DNA of 64,000 nt from Anaerolineales bacterium (lineage in GTDB: Bacteria; Chloroflexota; Anaerolineae; Anaerolineales; UBA11579). Position numbers and translations under genes: made by a program. The stretch lies in the NCBI GenBank assembly GCA_035446285.1, contig DAOMSJ010000002.1, positions 9,369-73,368 on the forward strand. Direction: 5' to 3'. The notes below the pieces were generated by a model. The model had not been told where the DNA came from, did no database searches, and saw nothing but the letters and a program-made list of their open reading frames with translations. Below, piece by piece: positions 19,510 through 28,775 of the stretch (positions within the stretch are counted from its first letter, which is position 1; every line of letters begins with the position of its first letter).

Positions 19510-21405
19510 TTAGACTAATGCGTCCACAACCAGAGCAAAGAACAAGAAGGCGAGATACATGCTGGAGTAACGGTACATGCTCCAGGCAATCTTGTTGCTG
19601 CCAACTTTCCATACCTTCCAGGCCCAGTAGATGAGCCAGGCACCCAGCAGTGCGGCGGCCACGGCGTAGAAGCCACCGGCCATGCCCAGTAGCGGCATGA
19701 GCAAGGTCAGCGCCACCAGCTCCAGCGTGTAGAGCCAGATCTGCCAGCGCGTAGTTTTCTCACCGCGCACCACGGGCAGCATCGGCACGCCGGCGCGGGC
19801 GTAATCATTCTGCTTGACCAGCGCCAATGCCCAGAAATGCGGCGGGGTCCACATGAACACGATGGCGAAAAGGAACAGCGCCGGAATGCTCAGGTCGCCC
19901 GTCACAGCGGCCCAGCCCACCAAAGGTGGGATGGCGCCGGCGCCGCCACCGATGACGATGTTCTGCACGGTGGCGTGCTTGAGCCACAGGCTGTAGAGCA
20001 CGATGTAGTAAAGCATGCCCGCCAGCGAGAGCAAAGCGGCCAGCAGGTTCACGAAGCCGGCCAAGAGATAGAACGAGACCACCAGCGCACCCAGGCCAAA
20101 GGCATAGCCTTCGGCGGGGGTCAGGCGGCCGGCGGCAATCGGGCGGCGCGCCGTGCGCGTCATGTGCTGGTCGATCTCGCGGTCAATGTATTGGTTGATG
20201 GCGCCGCTGCCGCCTGCTGCCAGCGCACCGCCCAGCAGGGTCCAAAAGGTGAGCGAGAGCGAAGGCAGCGCCTTGCCGGCCACGACCATGCCAGCATACG
20301 TGGTGACGAGCAGCAAGGCCACAATAATGGGCTTGGTGAGCAGAATGAAATCGGTAAAGCGCTGTTTACGGTTGACGGGCCTGGCCGCCTCGCGCTCTTC
20401 ATCCTTATTGCTGCGGCCAGCCAGCCCCACCAAAGCAGTAAGCACGACCATGAGCGCCCATACCGCCGCGGCGGTAGCCACATGCAAGCCGAGCAGGTAG
20501 ATGGGGAACTGGGTGCTCACCTTGAGCCCACCGACGAGGATCTGGGCAAAGTACAGCACCACGGTGAGCGTGGCGGCGGAGAGAATGCCGCGCTGCGTGC
20601 GCTGGGTGCGCCAGGCAGCGCGCAGCAGCAGAACCATGTGCACGGTCAGCAGGCCCACCATCAAGCGGTGGAACATGTGCAACCAGCCGAGATAATGACT
20701 GGGGATGAGCTCCCCATTGCACAGCGGCCAGCCGGAGCAGGCGTAGGTTGCGCCGCCGGCGGCAGTGAACGCGCCGGTGACCAGCACGATGAACAAGCCG
20801 ATGAAGCCGCCCAGGGTCAGGCGGGCAAAGCGGCTCTGGAAGACCAGCCTATCGGTCTGCGCGGGGTCACGATGCAGGCGGAAGGCAGTGACGGTAGCAA
20901 TAATGAGCAATGCAAACAACAGGAAGGCGGTGCCCAGGTGCACGGCCACGATGTAGGGCGGCAGCTCCTGCAGCACCACCACCGCACCCAGCGCACCCTG
21001 GATAGCCAGGATGGGCAGCCCCCAGAACAATGGCTGCCAGATCAGGCGCACGGAGCGGAAGCGGCGCCAGGCAATGAAGGCCGAGAGCAGGATCAGCGGC
21101 GAGGTGACGGCCGAGGCCCAGAAGCGATGGCTGAACTCGATCTGCGCTTCGATCTGTGGCGGGGGCAGAATGCGCCCGAAGCAGGTTGGCCAGTCTGGGC
21201 AGCCGAGACCAGAGCCGGTGACGCGCACAATGCCACCGATCACAATCAGCAAAAAGGTGGAGATGGTAGCGGCCAGCACCAGGTAGCGGAAATTGCCCAC
21301 TACAAACTTGGGGGCTGCTGCTTTACGAGTGATCTTCTTGGCTACTTTAGTAGCCGCTGCTTTGGTAGCCGCTTTCTTTGTTGCTTTTTTCTTGGTTGGG
21401 CTCAT
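19510..21405 (-). CDS. fused heme A synthase (CtaA/COX15) - heme O synthase (CtaB, protoheme IX farnesyltransferase)
   Basis: Track start 21480 trimmed to ATG 21405 (ATGA overlap with the SURF1 stop). N-half carries GGIVRVTGSGLGCPDWPTCFG. C-half carries NQYIDREIDQHMTRTARRPIAAG. One continuous frame. Lys-rich N-terminal tail. Confidence 0.75.
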   Translation of the reverse strand: MSPTKKKATKKAATKAAATKVAKKITRKAAAPKFVVGNFRYLVLAATISTFLLIVIGGIVRVTGSGLGCPDWPTCFGRILPPPQIEAQIEFSHRFWASAVTSPLILLSAFIAWRRFRSVRLIWQPLFWGLPILAIQGALGAVVVLQELPPYIVAVHLGTAFLLFALLIIATVTAFRLHRDPAQTDRLVFQSRFARLTLGGFIGLFIVLVTGAFTAAGGATYACSGWPLCNGELIPSHYLGWLHMFHRLMVGLLTVHMVLLLRAAWRTQRTQRGILSAATLTVVLYFAQILVGGLKVSTQFPIYLLGLHVATAAAVWALMVVLTALVGLAGRSNKDEEREAARPVNRKQRFTDFILLTKPIIVALLLVTTYAGMVVAGKALPSLSLTFWTLLGGALAAGGSGAINQYIDREIDQHMTRTARRPIAAGRLTPAEGYAFGLGALVVSFYLLAGFVNLLAALLSLAGMLYYIVLYSLWLKHATVQNIVIGGGAGAIPPLVGWAAVTGDLSIPALFLFAIVFMWTPPHFWALALVKQNDYARAGVPMLPVVRGEKTTRWQIWLYTLELVALTLLMPLLGMAGGFYAVAAALLGAWLIYWAWKVWKVGSNKIAWSMYRYSSMYLAFLFFALVVDALV

Positions 21406-22163
21406 TTCTCGTTTCTCAAATCCTGGCGACGGGCATAAAAGGGGTAGCCCACCAACAAAATAGTGGCAAAAGTAAACCATTGCACCGCGTAGCCAAAGTG
21501 TGAGCCCTCGCTCAGATCCAGCTCAGGCGGGTTGGCATACGGCGGCTCGGTCTGTTCACCCTGTGGCACCACCTGCACATAGGCGGCGGTGACCAACGCC
21601 GTGCTCATTTGCTCAGCCAGGCGGGGCAGCTCCAAATAATTCCATATCTCCAAGCGCGGCTGGCCGGGCTGCAGCGTGGGGTCTGCGTTGAAGGCCAGGC
21701 TGACATCCAACTCCGCACGGCGCAGTTGCCCGCTCACGGTGACTGTGCCGGCGGGCGCATACTGAGCCAGGTTCAGCGGCTGATCCGAGGGCACCCAGCC
21801 ACGGTCAATCAGAATGGCGGTGTTGCTGCCTTCCACCTGCAAAGGCATAAGCAGCTTGTAGCCCAGCAAGTTGCCGTAGAGCGTGGTCCACACCTGGTTG
21901 CGCAGCACCACCGCATCCTGCGGCAGATACTCGCCAGTCACCAGCACCTTACGGTATTCCATTGAGTATAAATCCAAATCCAGGGCCGCCGCGTCCAAAG
22001 CCATGGGCGGCTCATTGGCCTGGGCGATCACGCGGGCGTTAAAGCCGCGCCGCCACTCGAGGCGATCCAGCTGCCAGACACCCAGGCGCGCCATCACAGC
22101 CGCGGCCACCAGCACCAGCAGTGTCGTGAATAGCCAGCGACGGCTAAACAGGCGCGCCAGCAT
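21402..22163 (-). CDS. SURF1/Shy1-family cytochrome oxidase assembly protein
   Basis: 253 aa. N-terminal TM with GVWQLDRLEWR. C-terminal TM YAVQWFTFATILLVGY. Confidence 0.75.
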   Translation of the reverse strand: MLARLFSRRWLFTTLLVLVAAAVMARLGVWQLDRLEWRRGFNARVIAQANEPPMALDAAALDLDLYSMEYRKVLVTGEYLPQDAVVLRNQVWTTLYGNLLGYKLLMPLQVEGSNTAILIDRGWVPSDQPLNLAQYAPAGTVTVSGQLRRAELDVSLAFNADPTLQPGQPRLEIWNYLELPRLAEQMSTALVTAAYVQVVPQGEQTEPPYANPPELDLSEGSHFGYAVQWFTFATILLVGYPFYARRQDLRNEK

Positions 22164-22165
22164 GC

Positions 22166-22678
22166 TTAAGCCGTTTTGGGCTTCAAGGGGAAGATGAGCA
22201 GGCTGTAGACAAACAGCATACCCGCCGTGGGAACCGCGGCAAAGGAGATACCCACCAGGCGCGTGCGCAAGGTGGTGGGCGGGCGCACCGTGAGCCCCAT
22301 GTAGCTCGAAGAATTGAAGCTACACGTCATGGAGAAGTTATCTGCTTCATTCAGGGGCAGGCTGGCATTGGCGCCAGCGGGAATGAGCAGCGGGCCAAGG
22401 GTATGTGTCTCGCTGTCCTCATTGCGCACCACGAGCACATCGCCCAGCACGAAGGTCATCTCACCAGGGATGCCGGGCGCAGCTTCGCCAGCGGCCACTT
22501 TCTCCGCCGTGCCAGCCGGAATGACCAGCTCCACCTGCTGCGGGGGGCGGGCTGTGCTGCGGTCTTGCTGGAAGAGCAGGCCAAGTTCGCTGATCACCCA
22601 GGCTACGAATACAGAGACCAGCAGCACGAGCAAAAAGCGAGACAAGTATCGTTGTGCTTCCTTAGGTTGGACTTTCAT
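22166..22678 (-). CDS. hypothetical membrane protein inside the oxidase assembly cluster
   Basis: 170-aa ORF with N- and C-terminal hydrophobic spans. ATGA overlap with the SCO1 stop. No recognisable motif. Confidence 0.45.
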   Translation of the reverse strand: MKVQPKEAQRYLSRFLLVLLVSVFVAWVISELGLLFQQDRSTARPPQQVELVIPAGTAEKVAAGEAAPGIPGEMTFVLGDVLVVRNEDSETHTLGPLLIPAGANASLPLNEADNFSMTCSFNSSSYMGLTVRPPTTLRTRLVGISFAAVPTAGMLFVYSLLIFPLKPKTA

Positions 22679-23283
22679 TCTTCCGCCAATAATAGACGCA
22701 GGTCATGCACGATGTCGTTGGCCTGCATTTCAAACGGAAAAGTAAGGCGCAGATTCCCGTTCTTATCAATAACATAGGTGCGCGTGGAATGGTTCACCGT
22801 GTAGCCCAGCACACTGTTGGGCATGGGCATAATCTGGCGGCCTACAAAATAGTCACGCCAGATGGGGGTAAGCTCTTCCTCGCTACCGGAAAGCCCGATG
22901 AAGCTGGCATTAAAGTAGCGGGCATACTCGTCCACCAGTTCGGCGGTGTCTCGCTCGGGGTCAGTAGTAACGAGGACAACATCGATATTGTTCGCCTCAT
23001 CACCCAGCTTGTCAAACACCACCTGCAGTTTGGCCAGGGTGCCTGGGCAGTAATCCGGGCAATTGGTGTAGCCAAAATACACTACCACGATGCGGCCACG
23101 CTGCTGGGCAAGATCAAAGCGGCTGCCATCCACACGCTGCAGTTGGAGGGCAGCGGCGGGCATGGCCGGTTCAATCTCAGACCCTCTAAAGGCCTGTTGC
23201 TTCTCGCGAATCTCCAGTGCAGTAAGCACAATGGCAATCAGCGCCAGCGCCCCCACTACAAGCAAAATAAGTCGTTTATTCAT
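22675..23283 (-). CDS. SCO1/SenC copper chaperone (thioredoxin fold)
   Basis: Track start 23430 trimmed to ATG 23283 (MNKRLILLVVGALAL signal-anchor). CxxxC motif YFGYTNCPDYCPGTL. Confidence 0.75.
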   Translation of the reverse strand: MNKRLILLVVGALALIAIVLTALEIREKQQAFRGSEIEPAMPAAALQLQRVDGSRFDLAQQRGRIVVVYFGYTNCPDYCPGTLAKLQVVFDKLGDEANNIDVVLVTTDPERDTAELVDEYARYFNASFIGLSGSEEELTPIWRDYFVGRQIMPMPNSVLGYTVNHSTRTYVIDKNGNLRLTFPFEMQANDIVHDLRLLLAEE

Positions 23284-23398
23284 TTTCTTTCTCAGAAACA
23301 AAAGAGCGGGACGGCTGATTCTGCTCAACCGGCTTGCGGCTGCTGCAAGGCCAGCACGGCCCGCTCCTGTTATACCCGATACAAAGTGAATACGAAGT

Positions 23399-23959
23399 TT
23401 AGACTGGCGTTCCCAGCAGGTACAAGCCAACGTAGAAGAACATCCACACTACGTCAATGAAATGCCAGTAGATCGCACAGGCCTCAACAGCCCAGTGCTT
23501 TTCAGCGCTGTAGTGGCCGCGGCGGCCATTGTTCCACACGATGAACAGGAAGATCACACCCGTGAAGACGTGGAAGGCGTGGAAACCAGTCATGCTGTAG
23601 AACACGGCGCCTTGCTGCCCATCGGCGGGGCCGAAGGGCGCCAACTGCCATTCCACACCCACTACACCCAACAAGAAGATGATGCCAAGCACCATCGTGA
23701 TGAAGGTATTGCGCAGGAAGGCGGGGCGGTTGCCGTGGGCTATTTCCACTTCAGCGCGGTTCATCAGGAAACTGCTGAGAAGCAGCAAGATGGTAACGGC
23801 GAGGCCCAGGCCCTGCTCAAGGTGCGGGCGGGTGTCACCCAGCAGCACCATGCGAGCCACAAACAGGCCGATGAACACAAAGGCATCCGAGATGATAAAG
23901 AGCCATAGGCCCAGGCGGTTGCGGGCCAGTTTGGTGGCGTAGCTTTCTACGACGGACAT
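23399..23959 (-). CDS. ctaE: cytochrome c oxidase subunit III
   Basis: 186 aa, multi-TM. HAFHVFTGVIFL and AIYWHFIDVVWMFFYVGLY blocks. Confidence 0.8.
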   Translation of the reverse strand: MSVVESYATKLARNRLGLWLFIISDAFVFIGLFVARMVLLGDTRPHLEQGLGLAVTILLLLSSFLMNRAEVEIAHGNRPAFLRNTFITMVLGIIFLLGVVGVEWQLAPFGPADGQQGAVFYSMTGFHAFHVFTGVIFLFIVWNNGRRGHYSAEKHWAVEACAIYWHFIDVVWMFFYVGLYLLGTPV

Positions 23960-24175
23960 TTAGTGCTCCTCATCCGAGGAGAACAGGCGACCAACGTGCA
24001 TGAACTCCGTGATTACAAAAAAGGCTTTGAAGGCAGCCACCACCATAAGCAGCATGCCCCAGGGGGGCGCAATCACGCCCACCAGGTACTCACCAAAGGT
24101 GAGGACGGCCAGCATCAAGGCCACCCACTTGCCTCGGTTCAGTGCCGCTCGGCGGCTCTCGTTGTTGTCTGCCAT
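23960..24175 (-). CDS. cytochrome c oxidase subunit IV-like small membrane protein
   Basis: 71 aa with two hydrophobic spans, lying between the subunit I and III genes. Assigned from size and position only. Confidence 0.5.
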   Translation of the reverse strand: MADNNESRRAALNRGKWVALMLAVLTFGEYLVGVIAPPWGMLLMVVAAFKAFFVITEFMHVGRLFSSDEEH

Positions 24176-24194
24176 TCCAGTTACTCCTCAACCA

Positions 24195-26114
24195 TTAGTG
24201 CGCGGTCGGGTTGGTACCCGCCGGATTCATGTTGACGTAGGTAGAGTTGGGCATACCGTAGTCATACGGCTCACCCACCACCTCGAAGGGTTGGTCATAG
24301 TTGTGCAGCGGCATGGGGTTGGGGCGCTGCCACTCAGGCGAGCGCGAGTCCCACACGTTGCCTTCGGCCTTCTCGCCCTTGGTCCAGTTGCGGATGATGT
24401 TGTAGGCAAATAGCAGCATGCCGAAGAACACCATGAAGCCGCCGATGGTGAGCGCCAACTGCATACTGTCAAAACCGAGGGCCGCATCAAAGTCTGCCAC
24501 ACGGCGGCGCATACCCAGCAAGCCGAGCACCAACTGCAGGTTGCTCATCATCATGAAGCCGATGAACATGAACCAGAAGGTGACCACGCCCAGCTTCTCG
24601 TTGTACATACGGCCGGTCATCTTGGGGAACCAGTAGAGCACGGCCGCCACAATCGGGAAGATAAAACCGCCGAACATGGTGTCATGGAAGTGCCCCACCA
24701 CGAACCAGGTGTCATGCAAGTGCAAGTCAGTGGCGATAGTAGCCAGCGGGGGGCCAGTTACACCACCCAGCAGGAAGATGACCACCGCCCCCAGCGTGAA
24801 CAGCATGGGCGTCTTGAACTCAATCTTGCCCTGCCATAGCGTGGCCGCCCAACTGAAGAACTTGACGCCCGTGGGCACGGCCACCAGCAAGGTGGAGTAC
24901 ATGAAGGGAATACGCAGGAAGGGGCTCATACCGGAAACGAACATGTGGTGAGCCCAAACGAAGAAGCTGACGGCGGCAATACCCAGGGAGGAGAAAGCCA
25001 CCCACTTGTAGCCGTACAGCGGCTTGCGCACGTACACCGGCAACAGCTCGCTGATAATACCCAGGCCCGGCAGAATGAACACGTACACCGCGGGGTGAGA
25101 GTAGAACCAGAACAAGTGCTGATAGAGGATGGGATCACCACCCCGGAGAGAGTCAAAGAAGGGCATACCGAGCAAGCGCTCCAGCATGACCAACTGGAAG
25201 GACAGACCGATGAGCTGCGTAGCAGTGAACTGAATGAGCGCAGTCGCCAGGGCGGCCCAGCAGAAGATCGGCATCTTGAGCATGGACATGCCCTTGGCAC
25301 GCATGGTCAGGATGGAGACGATGACGTTGATGGAGCCAGCGATGGATGACACACCGATGAGGTACACGCCCATCAGGAACATCTGCATGCCCAAGGGGGC
25401 GCGCAGGCTCAGCGGCGGGTAGCCTACCCAGCCGGTGTCAAAGCCACCGAGGAACAAGCTGCTCAGCAGGATGATGGCGCCAGGCACGTTGACCCAGAAC
25501 GCAAATGCGTTCAGGCGGGGGAAGGCCATATCATTGGCGCCGATGAGCATGGGCACCAGATAATTCGACAGGGCGCCGATGCCGAGCAAGATGCCGCCGA
25601 TCATGACGATGCCGTGCAGCGACATGAGCGTGTTGTACAGGTGAGTGCCGTCGTAGCCCAACAGCACCTTAAAGATCTCACTGTTCAGGAAGGTGATGCC
25701 TGACTGCGCCAGCTCCACACGGAACAGCATGGCAAAGGTGCCACCGAACAGCAACAGCAGCATGGAGGTAACGCCATACTGCACACCGATGACCTTGTGG
25801 TCAAAATCTACGCTGAAGTAACGCAGCCAGTTGGGCTTGCTGGTGTCCACCGTGTGCTCGTCAGAGGTTTCTTCTCCGCGGGCCCACTTGAACCAGTCAC
25901 TAAATACGCCAACGCCAACCAGGAAGCTAAGCGCACCCACCAGCACACCGCCCACCACAATGACCTCGCGGATGTGGGCGTCATCGGCCTCGATGGGGCT
26001 GGAGAGCGGCAGACCAAAGATGACGCGCAGCGCCATCACCAGGCCCATGCCCAGCACCGTGCCGGCGATCTGGGCAATCAAGCCGCGGAAAAAATTAGTG
26101 GAAAAGAAACGCAT
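24195..26114 (-). CDS. ctaD: cytochrome c oxidase subunit I
   Basis: 639 aa. LFWFYSHPAVYVFILPGLG, WAHHMFVSG and VGHFHDTMFGG blocks. About 90-aa N-terminal extension with extra hydrophobic spans. Confidence 0.9.
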   Translation of the reverse strand: MRFFSTNFFRGLIAQIAGTVLGMGLVMALRVIFGLPLSSPIEADDAHIREVIVVGGVLVGALSFLVGVGVFSDWFKWARGEETSDEHTVDTSKPNWLRYFSVDFDHKVIGVQYGVTSMLLLLFGGTFAMLFRVELAQSGITFLNSEIFKVLLGYDGTHLYNTLMSLHGIVMIGGILLGIGALSNYLVPMLIGANDMAFPRLNAFAFWVNVPGAIILLSSLFLGGFDTGWVGYPPLSLRAPLGMQMFLMGVYLIGVSSIAGSINVIVSILTMRAKGMSMLKMPIFCWAALATALIQFTATQLIGLSFQLVMLERLLGMPFFDSLRGGDPILYQHLFWFYSHPAVYVFILPGLGIISELLPVYVRKPLYGYKWVAFSSLGIAAVSFFVWAHHMFVSGMSPFLRIPFMYSTLLVAVPTGVKFFSWAATLWQGKIEFKTPMLFTLGAVVIFLLGGVTGPPLATIATDLHLHDTWFVVGHFHDTMFGGFIFPIVAAVLYWFPKMTGRMYNEKLGVVTFWFMFIGFMMMSNLQLVLGLLGMRRRVADFDAALGFDSMQLALTIGGFMVFFGMLLFAYNIIRNWTKGEKAEGNVWDSRSPEWQRPNPMPLHNYDQPFEVVGEPYDYGMPNSTYVNMNPAGTNPTAH

Positions 26115-26125
26115 CCTGTTGCTCC

Positions 26126-27163
26126 TTAGTTACTCAAGCTCTCAATGAATGCCACAATCTGGTCAATCTGTTCAGCGCTAAGAATTTCATCGAAGTTTTG
26201 CGGCATGATGTCAGGGTTGTAGCCAGCGACGATCTGAGCGTTGGGGTCAATGATCGAGGTGCGCAAGTAATCGGTGTCGGCGATGACAGTGCTACCGTTG
26301 CTTAGCTCCACGTTGTGACCAAACAGGCCCAGCCAGGTGGGAGCGATCAATGCGGTGCCATCCGTGGTGTGGCATCCCAGGCAGCCGAAGGTCTGCGCCC
26401 AGCGCTGGCCGCATTCGGCATCGCTGAGGTTGCAGTCGGCAGCCTGCTCATTGAGCCAGCTCTCGAACTCGGAGCCGTCCACCACCTGCACAGCGGCCAC
26501 CATGGTGGTGTGACCCTGGCCACACAGCTCGGCGCACAGCAGCCCGAACTCGCCGTTGGTATTGGGGGTGACGCGCAATTCACGCACGTATTTTTCACCG
26601 CCCGGTAAGATGTCTTGCTTGACGCGGAATTCAGGAACAAAGAAGGAGTGGATGACATCCTGCGAGTGCAGGCGCAGCAGCACCTGCTGATTACGCGGCA
26701 ACACCAGCGTGTCAGACACCACCGTGCTGGTGATGCCCTCGGCAGTGGTGACTTCGTACTCGAAACGCCAGCTCCACTGAGCAGCCACCACATCTACGGT
26801 GATGGCATCCGGGTCACGGCGCTCAACATCCGAGAGGGTCTGGCCACCGATGATGGCCATCCACAGCACGATGGCAATCGGAGCCACTGTCCACATGATC
26901 TCCAGGCGTTGGTTGCCCTCCATGTACACACCATCACCCTTCTCGCCTTTCTTGCGGCGGAATACGATGATGCTGTAGAGGATGATCACGCAGATCAATG
27001 AAACGAAGAAGGCAATGAACCAGAAGTGGATATCAAACAGCCAGTCAATGGTGATGGCCTGCTGGCTTGCTTGCTGTGGCAGAATCCAACCGCTGGTCAG
27101 CAGCAGACCCATGCCCAGGGTCGAAATGACCACAAGCACGCCAACAATGAGGAGATGAATCAT
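26126..27163 (-). CDS. ctaC: cytochrome c oxidase subunit II with fused C-terminal cytochrome c domain (caa3 type)
   Basis: 345 aa. CuA site CAELCGQGHTTM. Heme-c motif CLGCHTTDG. Confidence 0.9.
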   Translation of the reverse strand: MIHLLIVGVLVVISTLGMGLLLTSGWILPQQASQQAITIDWLFDIHFWFIAFFVSLICVIILYSIIVFRRKKGEKGDGVYMEGNQRLEIMWTVAPIAIVLWMAIIGGQTLSDVERRDPDAITVDVVAAQWSWRFEYEVTTAEGITSTVVSDTLVLPRNQQVLLRLHSQDVIHSFFVPEFRVKQDILPGGEKYVRELRVTPNTNGEFGLLCAELCGQGHTTMVAAVQVVDGSEFESWLNEQAADCNLSDAECGQRWAQTFGCLGCHTTDGTALIAPTWLGLFGHNVELSNGSTVIADTDYLRTSIIDPNAQIVAGYNPDIMPQNFDEILSAEQIDQIVAFIESLSN

Positions 27164-27171
27164 CCGTTGTC

Positions 27172-27210
27172 CTCCAAAAAAGCCTTTCGTGTTGTTATTG
27201 TGCCGAAAGG
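27172..27210 (-). terminator. stem-loop plus U-run between bcp and the ctaC Shine-Dalgarno (terminator or leader structure)
   Basis: Minus strand reads CCTTTCG gcacaataacaacac CGAAAGG CTTTTTT, followed at once by GGAGGAcaacggATG. Confidence 0.45.
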
Positions 27211-27267
27211 TACGAAGTCGAGTATATCACCTTTTCAGTTCACAGCTTTAGTGCCAACTGTTTTGAA

Positions 27268-27741
27268 CTAGGAGGCTTGTAACTCTTCAACCGCTTTGAG
27301 CACTTTCTCACTGTGCTTGGGCACGCTCACCTTGTTGTAGACCTCGGCAATTGTGCCGTCCGGGCCGATAAGGAAGGTGGAGCGCACCACGCCGAAGTAC
27401 TTGTTGCCGAACATGGATTTCTCTGCCCACACGCCATACTTCTCACACACGGCATGGTCAGCATCAGCCAACAGCGGGAACGGCAGGCTGAACTTATCCT
27501 TGAACTTCTCGTGCGAGCACTCATCGTCAGGGCTGACGCCGAGGATGACAGCGCCGGCGGCCTTGTACTTGAGGTAGTCGTCACGGAAGTTGCAGGCCTG
27601 CAAGGTGCAGCCCGGGGTGTCGTCTTTGGGGTAGAAGTACAGCACCACGGTCTTGCCGCGGTAATCAGAGAGGGAGTGCAGCTTGCCGTTCTCGTCGGGC
27701 AACTTGAAATCAGGGGCCTTCTGGCCAACTTTGAGGGTCAT
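27268..27741 (-). CDS. bcp: thiol peroxidase Bcp (peroxiredoxin)
   Basis: 157 aa. [19 protein letters not shown] peroxidatic-Cys block. Confidence 0.85.
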   Translation of the reverse strand: MTLKVGQKAPDFKLPDENGKLHSLSDYRGKTVVLYFYPKDDTPGCTLQACNFRDDYLKYKAAGAVILGVSPDDECSHEKFKDKFSLPFPLLADADHAVCEKYGVWAEKSMFGNKYFGVVRSTFLIGPDGTIAEVYNKVSVPKHSEKVLKAVEELQAS

Positions 27742-27764
27742 ATCAATCTCCTTGTAGAAATTAT

Positions 27765-27848
27765 AGTGAATAGAGAGTAGAGATTGGAGAGGAGAGATTA
27801 GAGATTACTTGTCACCAACCTCCACTCTCTAGTCTCTATATTTTTCAT
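27765..27848. repeat. heptanucleotide-phased, partly palindromic tract (AGAGAGT AGAGATT GGAGAGG AGAGATT AGAGATT ... TCCACTC TCTAGTC TCTATAT)
   Basis: Parsed by eye. A purine-rich arm is followed by a complementary-type pyrimidine arm. It fills the gap between the UbiA-family gene stop and the bcp start. Confidence 0.7.
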
Positions 27849-28762
27849 CGCGTCCAAAACGCCTGAGCCAGCAAGTAGGCGGCCAGAAACGTGAACGATA
27901 GCCCATTAAAGGTCACGGCGAGCCAGTTGGGCTTGTGCCCCCCGGCAATGCGCTGCAGCTGCCACACCTGCAGCGCGGCCAGCGGCAGGCTGACCAGCGG
28001 CGGCAGCGCAATCGCAGCCGGCAGCCCAGCAGCCAGCGCACCCGCCATGAGCGCGTAGCCGGCCATCACCATAGCGTGGTGCAAACGCAGCCCTTGCTCC
28101 CAGCCAATGCGCACGAACAACGTGCGCTTCTGGGTGCGCACATCTTGAGCATAGTCAGCGAATTCCAACGAGAGCATGGACGCCAGCGTCAGCGCCACCA
28201 GCGGGAAGGTGCTCAACGCCAGCAGTCGGTGCATGCCGCCGCTCTGCAACACAAAGCCGAGGGCAGGCACCAACGCCGCCAGCACAATGGAGGCGGTGAG
28301 CTCACCGTAGCCGCTGACTGCCAGGCGCAATGGCGGCACAGAGTAAAAGAAGCTGCCGAAGAAGATCAGCGCCATAATGATGAGCGCAGGCGTACTCAAC
28401 ACGCCTGCACGGGCAAGGCCATTGGTGGCGGCAGCCAGCAAGGCCAGCGTGGTGCCGGCGGCCACCAAGGCCACCTGCGGGCGCAACTGGTCTTTGCCCT
28501 GCCCCAGCGCTCCGCTGCCGCCGCTAAACGGTGTGCGGCTGGCGTGGCCGGCATCTTGCGCGTGGTCAAAGTATTCGTTGAGATAGTGCACGCATAGTTG
28601 CATGGCACTCACCCATAGCTGGCCGTGGAGCACCACGCCCCACTCCAGCTCGGTGCCGAGATAGCGGGCCATGCCTACACCCAGCAGGTAGAACAAAACA
28701 CCGCCCAGTAGATACCACGGGCGTGAGAGGCGCAGGAACAAGATAAGCGGGTTGGTTGTCAC
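27845..28762 (-). CDS. UbiA-superfamily prenyltransferase
   Basis: 305 aa, 8-9 hydrophobic spans. Asp-rich motif HYLNEYFDHAQD. Confidence 0.7.
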   Translation of the reverse strand: MTTNPLILFLRLSRPWYLLGGVLFYLLGVGMARYLGTELEWGVVLHGQLWVSAMQLCVHYLNEYFDHAQDAGHASRTPFSGGSGALGQGKDQLRPQVALVAAGTTLALLAAATNGLARAGVLSTPALIIMALIFFGSFFYSVPPLRLAVSGYGELTASIVLAALVPALGFVLQSGGMHRLLALSTFPLVALTLASMLSLEFADYAQDVRTQKRTLFVRIGWEQGLRLHHAMVMAGYALMAGALAAGLPAAIALPPLVSLPLAALQVWQLQRIAGGHKPNWLAVTFNGLSFTFLAAYLLAQAFWTR

Positions 28763-28775
28763 AGCGAGCTCAGCG

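Noticed and set aside
19837-21438. 533-aa plus-strand ORF
   Set aside because: It lies antisense to the well-supported ctaA-ctaB gene. Its composition is Arg/Gly/Ala/His/Gln-rich and low-complexity, typical of shadow ORFs in high-G+C DNA. The same reasoning rejects these ORFs: 15705..16343(-), 17926..18693(-), 22705..23460(+), 27935..28597(+), 30696..31628(-), 32561..33316(+), 35471..36238(+), 37413..38138(-), 39471..40232(+), 44639..45421(-), 49717..50943(-), 56442..57509(-) and 57979..58593(+).
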